Assembly: GCA_040954595.2 (NCBI GenBank)
Contig: CM082582.2
Span: 8,576,425-8,640,424 of the forward strand
Length of the DNA: 64,000 nucleotides
Source of the DNA: Balanoglossus misakiensis
Lineage: Eukaryota; Animalia; Hemichordata
Direction of reading: 5' to 3'
Positions within the stretch are counted from its first letter, which is position 1. Every line of letters starts with the position of its first letter. The translations under genes were made by a program, and so were the position numbers. The notes beneath the pieces were generated by a model, which saw nothing but the letters and a program-made list of their open reading frames with translations, had not been told where the DNA came from and did not search any database. Below are positions 33,243-46,736 of the stretch, in pieces.

Positions 33243-35913
33243 CTAATCAGTCACTGCAGTTTCTGCTTTTGTTTGGCTATCTCTCTTCGGGTCAACATCG
33301 CTGAATTCGCTGCCGGAGTTCGGTGGACTGTCACCTTCTTCTGCAAATGTGTCGTCGCCCAATTCCGTCCTGTCTTCCTCGACATCCACAGGAGCTGTGC
33401 CATCATCCTCTGCTGTAGCTGTGAAACCAGAACACACAGAGAGAACTTTCAAGCCATGGAGATTTCAGTGATACACTGAGAGGTGTTTGCAAATCAGACG
33501 CCATGTTGGTCAGGGGAATATTAAAGACCCATGTTTCTTGACGTGGGCACTCCTATAGAAATAAACAATAGTCTTTCTGTCTGTTGGGAAACAAAAGAAA
33601 AACAAAAGACTGACTGTGCATTGACATGCCCCTTTAAACTCTTTTCCACACACCTTGATCCTTGTCAGCCGATGTTGCCTGGTCGCTTGCACCCTCCGGT
33701 CCCAAGAACGCGTCTAATTCGTCCTTGTCCATGACATCATCGAGGTCGACGTCTTCCACCGATGCTACAGATGATGTCTGAGTTCTATAAATAGGACCTG
33801 GGTGTGGAGAGAAATTGTACTGTGATGGAAGGTATATGCAAGCACTGCATGTACAGTGAATAGAGTACTATGTCTGCTATCTGCTGATATTGGACAATGG
33901 TTAGACCTTTTCTCAAGGGGAACTGGGAACACAGAAGATTTGAGAGTGAATACTCACGGTTCATTTCGCCGCTTTCCTTGTAATGTTGCATGTCCTCGTT
34001 GAAGACGTCCTGAAAGGTCTTCTGTCTCTCTTTCATCTTCACTTGTTCTGTCCTTTCCACTTCTTTGACTTTCTGGTTGTACTCGGCCAGCAGTTGGGCT
34101 TGGAGAGCATTTACACCACATTTCATATCATTGCTTCCAAAAGCGGACAACTACACTGAACCCTGATAACGTCTACAGTCAAACCTATCTATAGTGGCCA
34201 GTCAAGGGAATAAACTGGTCCCAATTTAATACTGCATGAAGGATATTGAAGAAATTATAAACTTACCTCGAAGTATTTCTTCTTCTTGCCTGAATATTGA
34301 AAGGAAACAACACTTCAACTTTAATAAGCCTTCACCACCGTACACTAGTTATTTTCAACGCTATAAAATCAAAAGATGCAACATATCAATTTGTAACTCA
34401 CCTTTTGATTTCTCTGTATGCCAGCATTTGATTGCTGTGCCCCAGTTTGTTGTTTTCAAACTCTTCTTCATCGCAGAGTTCCTCTAGATATATCAACATT
34501 CCTTCTATTTCTTCAAAGGTTCCTTCCAGCGAACCTGTTTGCAGGAAAGAATAAACAATCACAATGTCATGACAATAATACAGTTGGATAGAATACCCAC
34601 ACCTTGTTCTCTTTGCAGGGTCTACGGGTAGTATCTATTAATTTTATTTGTCCGTATTTTGGCAGAGAATAGATGTTCTGTGTCTTACCTATGACGACTG
34701 TCACTGCCTGAATGTCCTCTGCTAACTTTGGCAGCGCTGCCAACTGAGAATGGAACTGTAGTATCGCGTCCGTCTGCTTCTCACATTTCGTGACCAGCTT
34801 TTGGACTTCATGGTCCGCATCCTGGAAGAGCGAAGTGTTGGCATGGTTACGTATTTGTCTTACAGCATAGCTGCAAATGAAGTGACTAAAATTGTCAAAG
34901 ATATCGAATGAATAATTACTTACAATGGCCTTCTTTGCACTTTCGTCAATGCTCTGATGCAGTGCAATCCACTGCTGTTGAAATCTATATGAGAGAGAGA
35001 GAGGGGGGGGGGGGGGGGGGGAGAGAGAAGGGAGAAAGAAAGGGTTATGTCAATGTCATTTATTCTACAAACATGAAATTCAGTGGAGGACCTTGAGATG
35101 TAGCAACTGATGTTCTGAATATCTAAGTAAGCTATTCATAATCAAGTGAAACAAAAACACACAAATAAAATAATAAAAGGTACCAATCCCATCTCTTCAA
35201 AAACACATTAAAGATATACATACTTGTTCAACAGTTCGGCACCTGCATCTAACGGTGGCTTCACAACAAATTCTGGACTGTATGGTGGGAAAAAAAGACA
35301 AAAAAGGAAATTTACGTTAGTTGCAAACTGTGCTCTTTCAGTTAACTTTCTTTGGTATAAATATTTTCCATTTTTGAATTTTAAATGCAAATCTCTACTT
35401 CCTCATGTGTTATATATAGCAGAGCACTGTTAGTGAGTTAAAGGGCCTCAAATGGCACCCTCTAGTACATCATTTAGTAGCAAAGTGTACAAAATATTGA
35501 CAATATTTTTTTACCTGCTGGGTAAGTCTGATTTGCGACCTGTTTTGCCGACTTCCTTTGCTTTGGCTGTCAGTGTCTTCAAGCTGTGATAAAGGAAAAT
35601 TACGACAGTGCCAACGACAGTTAGGAAGCTGACCTTAGACAGTAATAACAAGTGCCCTTGGTCTATTCCCCTCCCAAGTTCTACGTGCGTGTTCGTGAAA
35701 GGTGGGGGTATATCTTCGCATCATTCCGTGAAAAAAGGTAAGTGTACAAGTGCGGGTATTCGGCCTTAACATACACAGCATCAAAACTGGTTAATTTTTT
35801 ATGGTACGTACATATAGTTCAGTTGATGTGATGGATAACGATGGAGTGGTCACTTACCCTTCCGAGAGATCATGTTGGACGTTATGAAGGCGTTCTCTCC
35901 AGTTATCAAACAT
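33243..35913 (-). CDS. DTNBP1: Dysbindin (BLOC-1 subunit 8)
   Basis: Start MFDNWRERLHNVQHDLSEG/LKTLTAKAKE (human MLETLRERLLSVQQDFTSGLKTLSDK). Later motifs AGAELLNK, KMKERQKTFQDVFNEDMQHY and DKDELDAFL. Acidic last exon 33419-33243. Confidence 0.9.
34990..35040. repeat. (GA)n / poly-G purine tract in a DTNBP1 intron
   Basis: GAGAGAGAGAGA, a G-run of about 19 nt, then further GA-rich sequence. Confidence 0.8.
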
Positions 35914-36432
35914 TTTGCTTGGTCCAATGCCCCGTGTTACACCTCACATTCTACCCTAAGAACACCAGAATTCGACCCTTTCGAAAATAAATTGATACGA
36001 TGCACACTTTTGACCTCCACAGATAGCTGTAGTTCGCAGGGCACTTCCCACTTTTTCACTTCCGCATATTGACACCAACGTAGGTGGCGCTCGCCATAGG
36101 GTCATGTACGGTACACGGGTTCGTAGTTTCTGAAAAATGATTTGCTATACAGTATATGTACACATATGACAACAATGCAGTTTATGTTAAAAGTATAACT
36201 TTTATTTTGACCTCTTTATCTGATCACAAATGCCTTCCTCTTCAAGGTGGCAACTTTAGAGCAGAATGAAAGTTACACATTTACTTTTAATCTTTGCATA
36301 ACAACTTTTGCAAAGTCAATCACATAACTAATACAAAATGATATGACAACCGTCCAGTAATTATCTCATCTGACAGTCTCTGAATATGAAGTCCTTGTCG
36401 AGATTTAGGCTCCTGGAATTCCCAGATGAGCT

Positions 36433-39400
36433 TTATTCGGCCACTGCTTGTGTTGCACTTGTTTCATGTAGTTTGTCTAGGATCTCAGAGTAGACAGTGT
36501 TCATCTACAAATAAAACATGAATGAAATACATTTGTATTGATGTCTCATATAGGTGAAGTTATTATCAGATAACCGGTGACTCAATAAGGATTGAGATGT
36601 ACACAGGGACACGAGATGAAAGGTCGCATTTCAAAAAACAGCTTGTTATAACCATCTGTTCAATACACAAATCTTTCTAGCATTCAGACACATATAACAC
36701 CCACCTGCTCTTCATAATTGGACTTCAGTGTTGTCAGATGTTGAAGTAGATTGATTGCAAAGCTACACCACTTTTCAGCTTCTGTATACTGGCATAAACT
36801 GGAAAAGTATAAATTGCAGATTTTTCAAACCTCGGAGCAAGACCGACATTTCCTTTTGATTTTAAGATCATGTTTGAATCACTCCGCATTGTGTATAACT
36901 TTTCAGACTTTCTGAGATATTATTCCAAAAAACTATAATGAGGATGGCATGAACAATAAGACCATGCATGACCATTGCGTGTACATGTACTTACCTGTAC
37001 TGGTGTATGCCACAGTTCCAAGCTTTGGTCATCAGCCACAAAATTTCCATCTCAGGATACTGCTCCTGAATAGGATCCAAACACACATACACACAGATGT
37101 TATATATAGTTTATATAGTTATAGCTTGGATGTACTACACTTGAAAACTGGAATGTAATCTCTGCATATTCCAGATATAAATTTAGCTCACCTTTGCTTT
37201 ATTTCCAATGATATCAACAACCTCACTATAATACTGCCAGGTTTCTTCATTGTTACTACTGCTGCCTTCCAAAGACAGTTGTATCAAACTATGGTAAGAT
37301 TTGCTGTCAATTAAAAAAAAAACTTATGTTAATTCGTACTTCAAAGTCACAATTATACAGGTGAAAGATAATTTTTGGAATCAAGCATTCTCAAGTACAT
37401 GTACAGGGAGGCAAAGGAAAAGATATAACAAGGGGTGTGCATTAATTACCTCAGCTTATTATAGTCAAGTGATTTCTTCTGCATAAACTTCTTGATGGCC
37501 ACTTTTAAGGCTCTCATACTGACTGCCTTGTGTTTGAAAGACGGTTCCATGGCGAGACCTAATAGCAGAAGACATGCAGAATTGTTACAGAAGGCATACT
37601 TTTGGACGAGGCGTAGAGACTTGAAAGAATTGGGAGATTAATAGTTATACCAACACTGGTGTAATTTGAACCACATACCTGCTAATGTCTCGAAAGTCTT
37701 TGGCTCTGCAAATGGTAACGACAATGCTTTATCTAAGAGTGTTGTCAGCTTATCGGTTCTTCCGAGTCTTGCGTAGGCTTCAAATTCATACAGAATCAGC
37801 AGAATCAAAGTTGTGTCTTGTTGGCCTCCTGAAAAGATATACAGCAATGACAGGTACAGCCTGGAGTTTGAATGGATCACAGTCAGTATTGGATAAAATT
37901 TGTCATGAGTCTATGTACATTGTAATTATTATGTCATACTGCTGAATAACACATACCAGACTTTGAGTCAGAAAAGTGTCCTCTCTCTTCAAGCTGTCCA
38001 CATATTTGTCTACATTCTTCAATATGGCTCAGTGCAAGATGAAAACTTCTGTCCTGGAGCATCAAAATACAATAATACTGGCATGTATATTGTTATAATC
38101 TGACCAAAGTTGCATACGGAATTCACAGCTATGACAAGATAATTTCCTAACTATACCAGTACCTTCTGCTTACAATAGACATTTTACAGTAAATTTTAAT
38201 TAGACACAAAATAATTAACAGAATAACATGATATTAAATGCCCCTACTTTTTCTTCTGTGTCATCTATGTCCTTTGCCATCTGCAAACACGAAGCAGCTG
38301 CCATCAGTCTGCAAGTCTTCTGTTTGAGAAGGTTTTCAGTGTCCACTGGGACAAGATTTGCAAACTGCAAGATAATTGATGAAATATCAATTTTCATACA
38401 AGGCAATATCTAAGTATCAGGAATGACTGTCATCCTTGATTGACACATACATGATTTGACTAAATGAGATACCAGGCTTAATCACTTCATTACATGGAAG
38501 CCTAAATTGGGCTATGGTATGCATGATTGTTTTCTAAACAATACATTTAACGGGGGTAGTATGTTTTGCACATTACATAAATTGTATCTTATTGAAAGTG
38601 CAGAGATAAACTTACTTTACAACAGTAGTTGAAAAATTCATGCATATTTCGACTTGAATCCACACTTTGAAGACCAAGGTTCCAAGCTGTCAAAATGGAG
38701 AATGATTTCATCAGCACTTGCCATTTTTGATGCATTTAGACAAGACAACCATGTGCAAGTTCGCATTGAGACAAAACAGTTGGATGCTGAACTCAACAAC
38801 CTGGATAAGAATCTATTCTTGCAGTATCTCGTTACCTATTTTCATAAACCACACCGACTCTTGCTGTATGCAATCTTCACTCATCACCCCCTCGTCCTTG
38901 ACAGTGTGAAGTTTCAAATAGGCTGCAAAGAGAATACAGATTTGGTTGTAACAAACTGATGAAATCTACAAGTCTCTGTAAAATATTAAATTGTACTGGC
39001 ATGGTATTCTTGCTTGCAGTCTTTTGATAAACACTCTTATGACTGTATTTTGAGGTAACGCTTGATAATGGAAACCTTACCCGTTTTGATGTCTAAAAGA
39101 ACACTGCTCTTCTCAGATCTGGAAATGATGCACAAACATGGCATAGTTGTTACTCCGATAATAAAAAAAAACTTGTAACTGTAAGTCTTGATTTTCAAAA
39201 GCAACAACATAAAGTACACTGGTGTAAATATTAGATATACAGCAGTATTTGTCCATCATGCAGTGTACAACTGGCTGCGTTTACCTGGAATTTTCCTGTG
39301 AATCCATGTGTGCCAGCTTCAGCCTAATCAAGCATCTAAGTGCTGTCAGTATCTGGGTGTCGTTGACTGAAAATTCCACGAGACCCTGCAAAGCTTCCAC

Positions 39401-42400
39401 TGCAACTTCACGGTTGCTTTTCTAAAACAAAACAAAACAAATCATCAACAACAATGACAACAAGAACAACAACAAGTCTAAAAACCCTACATCTCTTAAG
39501 CAGTTCTTTTCATTCCTTTATGTCATAAAACAAAATCTGTAATCTGCGATGACTACTAAGTGACTCTGCCAACCTACTTCAAAAGCTAACTGTGCAGCTA
39601 AGCTCATAAATCCATGAATACTGGTATCATTGCTAGATTCTCTCGGTTTACTGTCTCCAGCCTGACCACTACATCTATCACCTCCTAGCATACAAAGCTT
39701 CTTCAGGGCATCTACAGCTGAGAGAGGGGAAACAAATAAGCAGTTAATAAATAGCAACATCCACTGACACTGCAGTAGGGAGATGCTTAAATCCAGTCTA
39801 TTTGACAGACAGCTTAGTTACCTTCCTTGTTGTTATTCTGCAGTATTGCGATCTTGAAGAGCAAATACTGAGTGTGTGGACAATCACTTTCACGCTTGTC
39901 AGCGTCTTTGGCAGCAGTCAAAGCCTGAAATTGAAACATATTCAATAGTTAATAGTAAATTTCAATTTTCAAAATTGATCCAGTGAAGCATGTCATACGA
40001 GAACTCTCGCCCAAAGAGCTCAAGCCGACATCATGTTTGTACACTCACTAAAACATCAAACCTATAGTCATTCTGAAATCAACCATGCTATACTGTCTAT
40101 ACACTACCTCGTCTAGGTTGTCAAGTCCAAGGAAACAAGAGGCCCTGTTGCGTTGTAATTTGGCCAGAGACTTCTGGTTGTCGTCATCGCACTTTGAAAA
40201 CAGACTCAGAGAGTAGTTGAACCATTGCAGAGCATCACTGAAATCATTTTTCTGCGGAGGAACAAGGAAAAACTGTTTCATTTCAATGGCTCTTTCAGTG
40301 GGTGTACATGTAGATTAATTTATAGAAATAGGTTGCAGAGAGTGGCTGATTCAATAAGCATCAGTGGCTATAGCTTTAGCCAGTGCCTGTTCTGTAGGAT
40401 TCATGTACATTTATGCTTCTTCTATAGAGAATAAGTTGACCAAACTCACTATCCACTGTAAAAACATAATGTCATGTCAAAACTACATGAATACATACAA
40501 ACCTCATATTTCTTTGTCGCTTGGTCCCACAATAATAATTGGAATCTTTTCATCACAGTTTTCTCCATTGGTTGACTCTCACATTCTGCAAATATAACAT
40601 CACATTAAGTATGGCACAAACCATGGGAAATATTGAAAGGGCAGCACACTGTATACATGTAGTGAGAAAAATATGTCATCATACATACTGTTCAGACAGA
40701 CTTCTACAAAGTCCTTTGCCTTTTCTTCATCCCCAGTGTGCAAAACTAACTCAAGCTGCAACAAGTGGATTTTTCCCACTTCAGAGGAATTTTCAAATCT
40801 ACTGGTCAGCTGGGTCAGGGCTTCCATAGTGAGAGTGTGCCTGCAACAATCCACAACCAAAGCAGATAAAGTCTGAGTTAGTCCTTACTCGACACATGCT
40901 CTTACATGTCTCTTTAAGTACTGTTTAGTAACAAGAGCATCAGGGAATCAAACTTACCTGTCATAAGACATCATCAGTCTCAGTGCATTCAAGCCCATAT
41001 CAACAGTCAAATCTGGATGGTGCAGGAGGTCATTGACAGCTATGCATGGAACACGAAAATTGGTCATGTTAGTGTGAGATTTGAGTCTTACTTGTATTCA
41101 GAAACACTGTACATACTTTATCCTTTCCTTTATAGACTCCAGGCCAGTTACTTGTGATTTCTGTGGAGTTATAGCAGCAGATGAGCCAAGACTGAGAGAC
41201 ACTTACCTGACTGTAACCTCTCGCCATCAATTTCTCCAATCAAGAATGTCTTCACTTTTAAAAACAGACCCGCTGGATGAGAGTGCTCCTGTGGATGAAG
41301 TTGTTTGTGAAAAAGAAAGACATTTTGGGGTAAGGCTATTTTAATATATACAAATACAAAAATTGCAAAAGCACACTATCTAGGATGATATTGATCTTTC
41401 TCTGAGTCTACTTACAGCATTTGCCAATCCTATTGCATTCAATGCTTTCTGCCAGTGCTCTTTACTGTTCCACTCAAGGTAGACATTTGCAAGCAATCGC
41501 AAACACTTCGCCTGGGAAGAAAGACAAAAAAAGACGGTGATTTCTCTTGCAGCCATGAAGATTTCTTGTACATTAAATTCAGATTTTGAGACATCATGGG
41601 TAGCTCAATCATTTTTTTCTTAACTTACATGAGTACAGTAATACTTTACCTGATTCTTTGGACCGATACTTTCAATTCCCTTTCCAAGCTCAAAACTTTC
41701 CCTGTCAATAGAATTACGTTAAACTTAGTGTTGTAAAATAATCTGTGTAATCAGCCCGATACTTTCATCATGAATAGCACATTTTCTTTCCGTTTATTCT
41801 TCGATTTTTGTCCCCCCCCCTACACACACACTGATCTTCCTTTGTCAGATGGTCACACAGAATGACTGACAAATATATTTTGAAGGTATCTGTTAATATA
41901 ATGGTATCAGTACTTACCTCAACCAAGCAACACTTTCTTCATAGTTTTTCCAATGGAATGAATCCACACCAAAGTTGTAGCAGAGCATGCACAAGAAGGG
42001 TGCCTGCAAAGGAAGCGATGACTGAACTGACAAAAAATAGCAGTTTCCAAGGCAGAAATACTCTTATCACTATCATGCCAGGAACATTGTACATATAAGA
42101 TCTCTTCAGGTATATCCTTTGTGGCCATGTTAGGAGTTAACCAAACATTATATGCAACAGAGAAAAATGCATGCATGTTTTTGTTATTTATTTTGAACCA
42201 AGAATCCTCCATAACTTTCAGTTAAAGTGGTTTAAATTTCCACCATCACTTGCCCATGGTCACTCCACAACACTGCAAGTGCAAACGGCGTATGCAGAAA
42301 AACAATTACCTCCTTCGGAAGTCTCTGAAGTAATTCTTTAGCTTTCTGAATCAGCTGAAATGCTTCACCATGATTGCTGGCATCTTCACTGACATTCTGC

Positions 42401-45138
42401 AAGACAAATTATCAAATATCATTTTCAAGGGCAGCACTCAATTAAACCGGTAGAAGTTATGCAAGGTCTGGGAAATTTTTGAATCACAGAAAAATTCTTT
42501 GTAATATCATAGATTTAATTTCAAGCATATTATAAATCTGGTATAGAAATTGTAGTAAAATGTTACTCTACTTCCTAATTCAACACACATAAAATTAATT
42601 CTCATAAACCTTTCCGACAGAAGTGAAATGAAAATCTGATTATATTTTACAGTTTGATTACGTACACATTCAGCTTTGTAACAGTACACTTTGAAGAAGT
42701 CTTTCTCCAGATCCAGTTTGTGTTTTCCCACATCCTGGAGCCTTCCCTCGTTTGCTGCAGTGATCACCTGCTCCTGCAGTTTTTCCAAACACTGCAAGAG
42801 AATATTAACCAAAACAAAATTATATGAACTTGTTAACTCCAATTCTGGGGCTCTATTAAGAGCATTCTTTACTTTCACAAATCCTTGATATCTTTCACAC
42901 TGACATTAAACAGAACAGTACAGAAATCTCGAAGCCATGCTTCAAACCTGTTGAGCCAAGGCCAGGGAACTGTCCGCCATGCCACTGTTGTTGCAGTCTG
43001 TCGAGAGAACAGCAAACACAACAATTTTGAACAATTACCTGAATGTGCTAGTAAATTCAAATGTTCACATTCTAACAAATAGGGTCCTGTATCAGTGTAT
43101 GTACAAATCACCACGTTCTGGTCAGAAAACAAAATAATGTAATTTTCTTGATTACCTACCCAGAAATGCTCTTCCTGTTTTGATACACATCTACATAACA
43201 AATGAAATTATAAGTCATCTAAAAATCTGTTCAAATACATGGTTTGTTGGTAGTTGTTAGTTTAGATGGAAACTTTTGCTCACTCTCTATCACTACACTA
43301 TCACTCTTCCTCTTTTCAGTTAGGAAAAGTAATTTTTTAGTTATTTATTAGTGCGTTAGATACGTTAAATTCTTTTATTATAGTGTGCAAAATAGGACTC
43401 CAAAAAGTAGTCAGATATGTCTATTGTATCTTTATAAAGACTGAGCAATGTACTATATAGTATTCAGGGAAATTTCCTGTTGGATAACATCAACCTCATC
43501 AACTTTGACCTCAAAGTTGACTGACCTGTCTGACGAAAGTGACGTAAAAAAAATGTCTCGCGGAGGCTTAAAGTACCAGAAAATATGGCACATGTTTAAA
43601 ATCTTCACTCAAACGCCAAAGAAGCCAAACTCAATGAACTATGTTGTGACGAGGGGCATTAGCCATGGGGCGAATGGCTGCAAGGTATATAATACAGGTA
43701 TGTTAATTCAGTGTATGAGTAACGAGCGAGTGAGCTTTCATTCTCGAATCAATCACTGTCAGAATGTCAAAACTCAAATTTTCAGTCTTGATTTGTGTTT
43801 GACTTTCACAAATTCAATAAAATAGCAGATACTGTTCAATGTTTTGATAGACCCGAACATAATTTTGAAATACGATACGTCTATACTGAGGTCAACATCA
43901 TAGCAGGGAGTCTCTCCAAGGGCAATTGTAGTGCACTGACCTAGATAGAGCTACAAGCTTCACACTCACAACTAGGCCAACCAAAGATAAATATACTTCA
44001 CATGCACTATTCTTACTGGTTCATAAAAGAATGAAGCTTTCTTCTTAAAAGATATTTTATCGCATAAAATACAGAAACACACAAACACAATCATGTTTCC
44101 ACTTTAAATCAGAAAAATTTGATATAAACAAGACAAAAATCATACCATAATTTGCCTCCTTAGAATTAGTTCATCAGAAGCTGCTGGGTTTGCAAGGAAG
44201 GTAAGTTTACAGGCAAGATTTCGCACTGTCAAAAGAAAGAGATGAACATTTTGAAATAGTGACAGTGTTAATTTTTATTTAAACAAATAATTGATGCTAA
44301 CACTAGTTTTTGAGTGTGTGACTATAAACATATATAAATGGATTAGCATTAAAAAAGTAACTGGCCATCTCTCAAGAAAAAAACTTCTATATTTGTTGTC
44401 TTTACCTTTAGCATTCAGTGAGCAACTGAAGTTCTGGCTTGTCTTCCTAGCCACAGTGATGTTCCACAGTACAACAGCCATGCTTTGAATCTGTGAATGA
44501 AAGGTAAAGAGTGTGCTGTATGGTCTGTAAGATCTCTGAGATACGTCTTGATGAGGGTCACAGATAAACATACAAATCAAATGATACATAAAAGCCAAAA
44601 CAAAATAAACATACATTTTAACATAAACTTACATACCTGTTTGTTAAGATTTTCAGATTCTATGTTGACATCATGTGAGAATCTTCCAACCACATCATTC
44701 AAGGAATTAAAAAGTGTCTCTGTTTTGCTTTGATCATTTTCTTTTTCAAACTCAGACACCAAAGCTGCAGGAATTAAAAAAACCGTACATGTACATGTAT
44801 ATATCGAAATTTCCCACTACAAAGCAGTCTTATGCGCGCCCTTCGAAACTAACACGTAACGTGATTGATTTGTGATACATTTCAGATGTTGGTTTCTTAA
44901 TTGAATTTCCACACAGCTGAAATGTCGACAAAGCTGCATTATGACCAACTATTGGTCGTAGATCGCATACGAAAGACGGTAAGAGTAAGATTAGAAGCAG
45001 ATCGTAGCTATCTGACGACTGGTGCAGTCGACTGTCGTCTGCAAATTGTACGTGATGTTTGTTGTTTGTGGGAACCGTGCAGTTTTGCTCACCGTGCAAC
45101 TTCGCTACCAAACAGGTAGCTTCGCTTCTGTCATTCAT
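36433..45138 (-). CDS. TEX11: Testis-expressed protein 11 (SPO22/ZIP4 family meiotic TPR protein)
   Basis: Exon 1 MNDRSEATCLVAKLH. Later segments AVVLWN, MCIKTGRAFLDC, DALQWFNYSLSLF..LAKLQRNRASCFL, LLILYEFEA..EPKTFETLA. C-terminus WCSFAINLLQHL..NYEEQ/MNTVYSEIL matches TEX11. Stop TAA at 36435-36433. Minus-strand AATAAA at 36206-36201. Confidence 0.9.
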
Positions 45139-45717
45139 AATTTGACGTTTCCTTGTTATGATGCTCCGGTGTAAATCAGTTTCTAAGACATTTTATTAGA
45201 CACAATCGCGAGAACTTCCATCCCAGCTCTTGGTCTTCCGCGCGTTTTTGGTCTGGAACCACAGCGCCCTCAAGCACGTGTAGCAGCCAAAAAGATCTGG
45301 GATAATTTCATGGCAGTTCCTAGTCCTGACAGTGTCGTGAATAATTCGAATAAAGTGAAAATGACACAAATACAACTAGAGAACATTCTTCTCTAGGGGA
45401 AATAGCCAGCTTTTTCATGTACATGTACTCGAAATGCGTGTGTTGGTGGCGGACCGGCTCCGCACACACCCTCCACTTCACTTCACTGATTGGCTCCTGA
45501 GTGGTGACGCAGTGTCGTGCCCCCACCGACGGCCAATCAGAGTGCGACCTAGACAGAGTTGTCACAACGCAGCAAGAAAGTCGCACTCGTCAGACCTTTT
45601 TCCCTGTTCGCCACCGCTTTGCCGCCAGACGCAGTTATTATCGACTTCTACAAGTATAACGTACTTCAAGAAGATCGACAATAGTTTCCAGATATTGACA
45701 TATCCGAGGAATTTTAG
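45139..45717. promoter_or_regulatory. Divergent promoter region for TEX11 and TAT, with a probable non-coding first exon of TAT
   Basis: CpG-rich. CCAAT boxes at 45489-45493 (reverse) and 45533-45537, TGACGC half-CRE at 45505, CACGTG near 45275. Plus-strand splice donor AG/GTAAAT at 45717/45718. Confidence 0.5.
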
Positions 45718-46384
45718 GTAAATGGCATCATTGTAACGTAGATTGCATTTTTAACCGTGACCCATATCCTGCGCACGTCTATTGCAATGGTATCGACATA
45801 TTGCGTTTCAGGTGCGATCGATGTCGCTCGTGTGTGCCCTTGCTTATTTTATGTGGCGTTATCTAGGTTATAAAGTGCGTCAAACATAATGTGAAGTGAC
45901 AGATCTTCATATCACAGTTTCATAGATAAATACGGCGCCCGGCAGTGATAATACACCTACTATAAAACTGACAGTAACTAACGAGTTTAATTATAACGGT
46001 TGGTTTGTTTACAAATTGAAGTGTCCTCAATCTCACGGCTGTTTCGCACGTAATTTGTTGCCGCTGCTGCTCAGGGGTCGGCCGGTGATAACCAGTCGTC
46101 CTTCACCTTCTAGTTTAGTTTTAGGATAGCCGGTGCGTGACCTTGACAAAAGTCCCCATCCAATGTGACTTACGAAACAGATGTACTCCACATTGAAATT
46201 GACACCCCAGCGCGCCGGTGTTCTTCATAACATGATACGAGGACATTGATTACATTACACTTCTGGCATCCAAGTCTGCCTTGTCGTGGCTCTTTCTGTT
46301 TTGCCGTGGGTGCAGAGCCAAGAAATGACAGACCAGATCTTTGGCTACCAGTAGACGGACACGTGGACGATTACATATGCATGG

Positions 46385-46514
46385 TTCTTTCGTAAGTCCA
46401 AATGAGGTCACGAGCGTACGCGCGAGGTCAACAAAAGCTTCTTTCGTAAGTCCAAATGAGGTCACGACGCGCGAACGCGCGAGTTAAAACAAAAGGATCT
46501 TCCGTAGATCCAAT
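46385..46514. repeat. Tandem repeat with a unit of about 54 bp, two copies plus a degenerate third
   Basis: TTCTTTCGTAAGTCCAAATGAGGTCACGA at 46385 and 46439. Degenerate TCTTCCGTAGATCCAAT near 46498. Confidence 0.75.
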
Positions 46515-46685
46515 CGTTAGCGTGGCCGCTCAGTACTGTACTAGTATTTTGCCTTTTCTGCACCCTCTCAATATTTCCAATCTACTTCATAATCATCCCG
46601 AATGACGTGCTCCCTGATGATTTGGAGAAAGCACGAAAGTGAAATCAATTTCTTCATAGGGGATTAGGGTCATGGGGTGTGGCCA

Positions 46686-46736
46686 GGTTTGACCATAGAC
46701 CCTAGAGAAAGGGGGTCTAGGGTCTATGGTTTGACC
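46686..46736. mobile_element. 33-bp hairpin flanked by 9-bp direct repeats
   Basis: GGTTTGACC + ATAGACCCTAGAGAAAGGGGGTCTAGGGTCTAT + GGTTTGACC. Confidence 0.65.

Noticed and set aside
28918-45138. SLC7 gene near TEX11 as the equivalent of the mammalian TEX11-SLC7A3 neighbourhood
   Set aside because: SLC7A3 belongs to the CAT subfamily, whereas this protein is a LAT-type light chain, so the proximity is likely coincidental.
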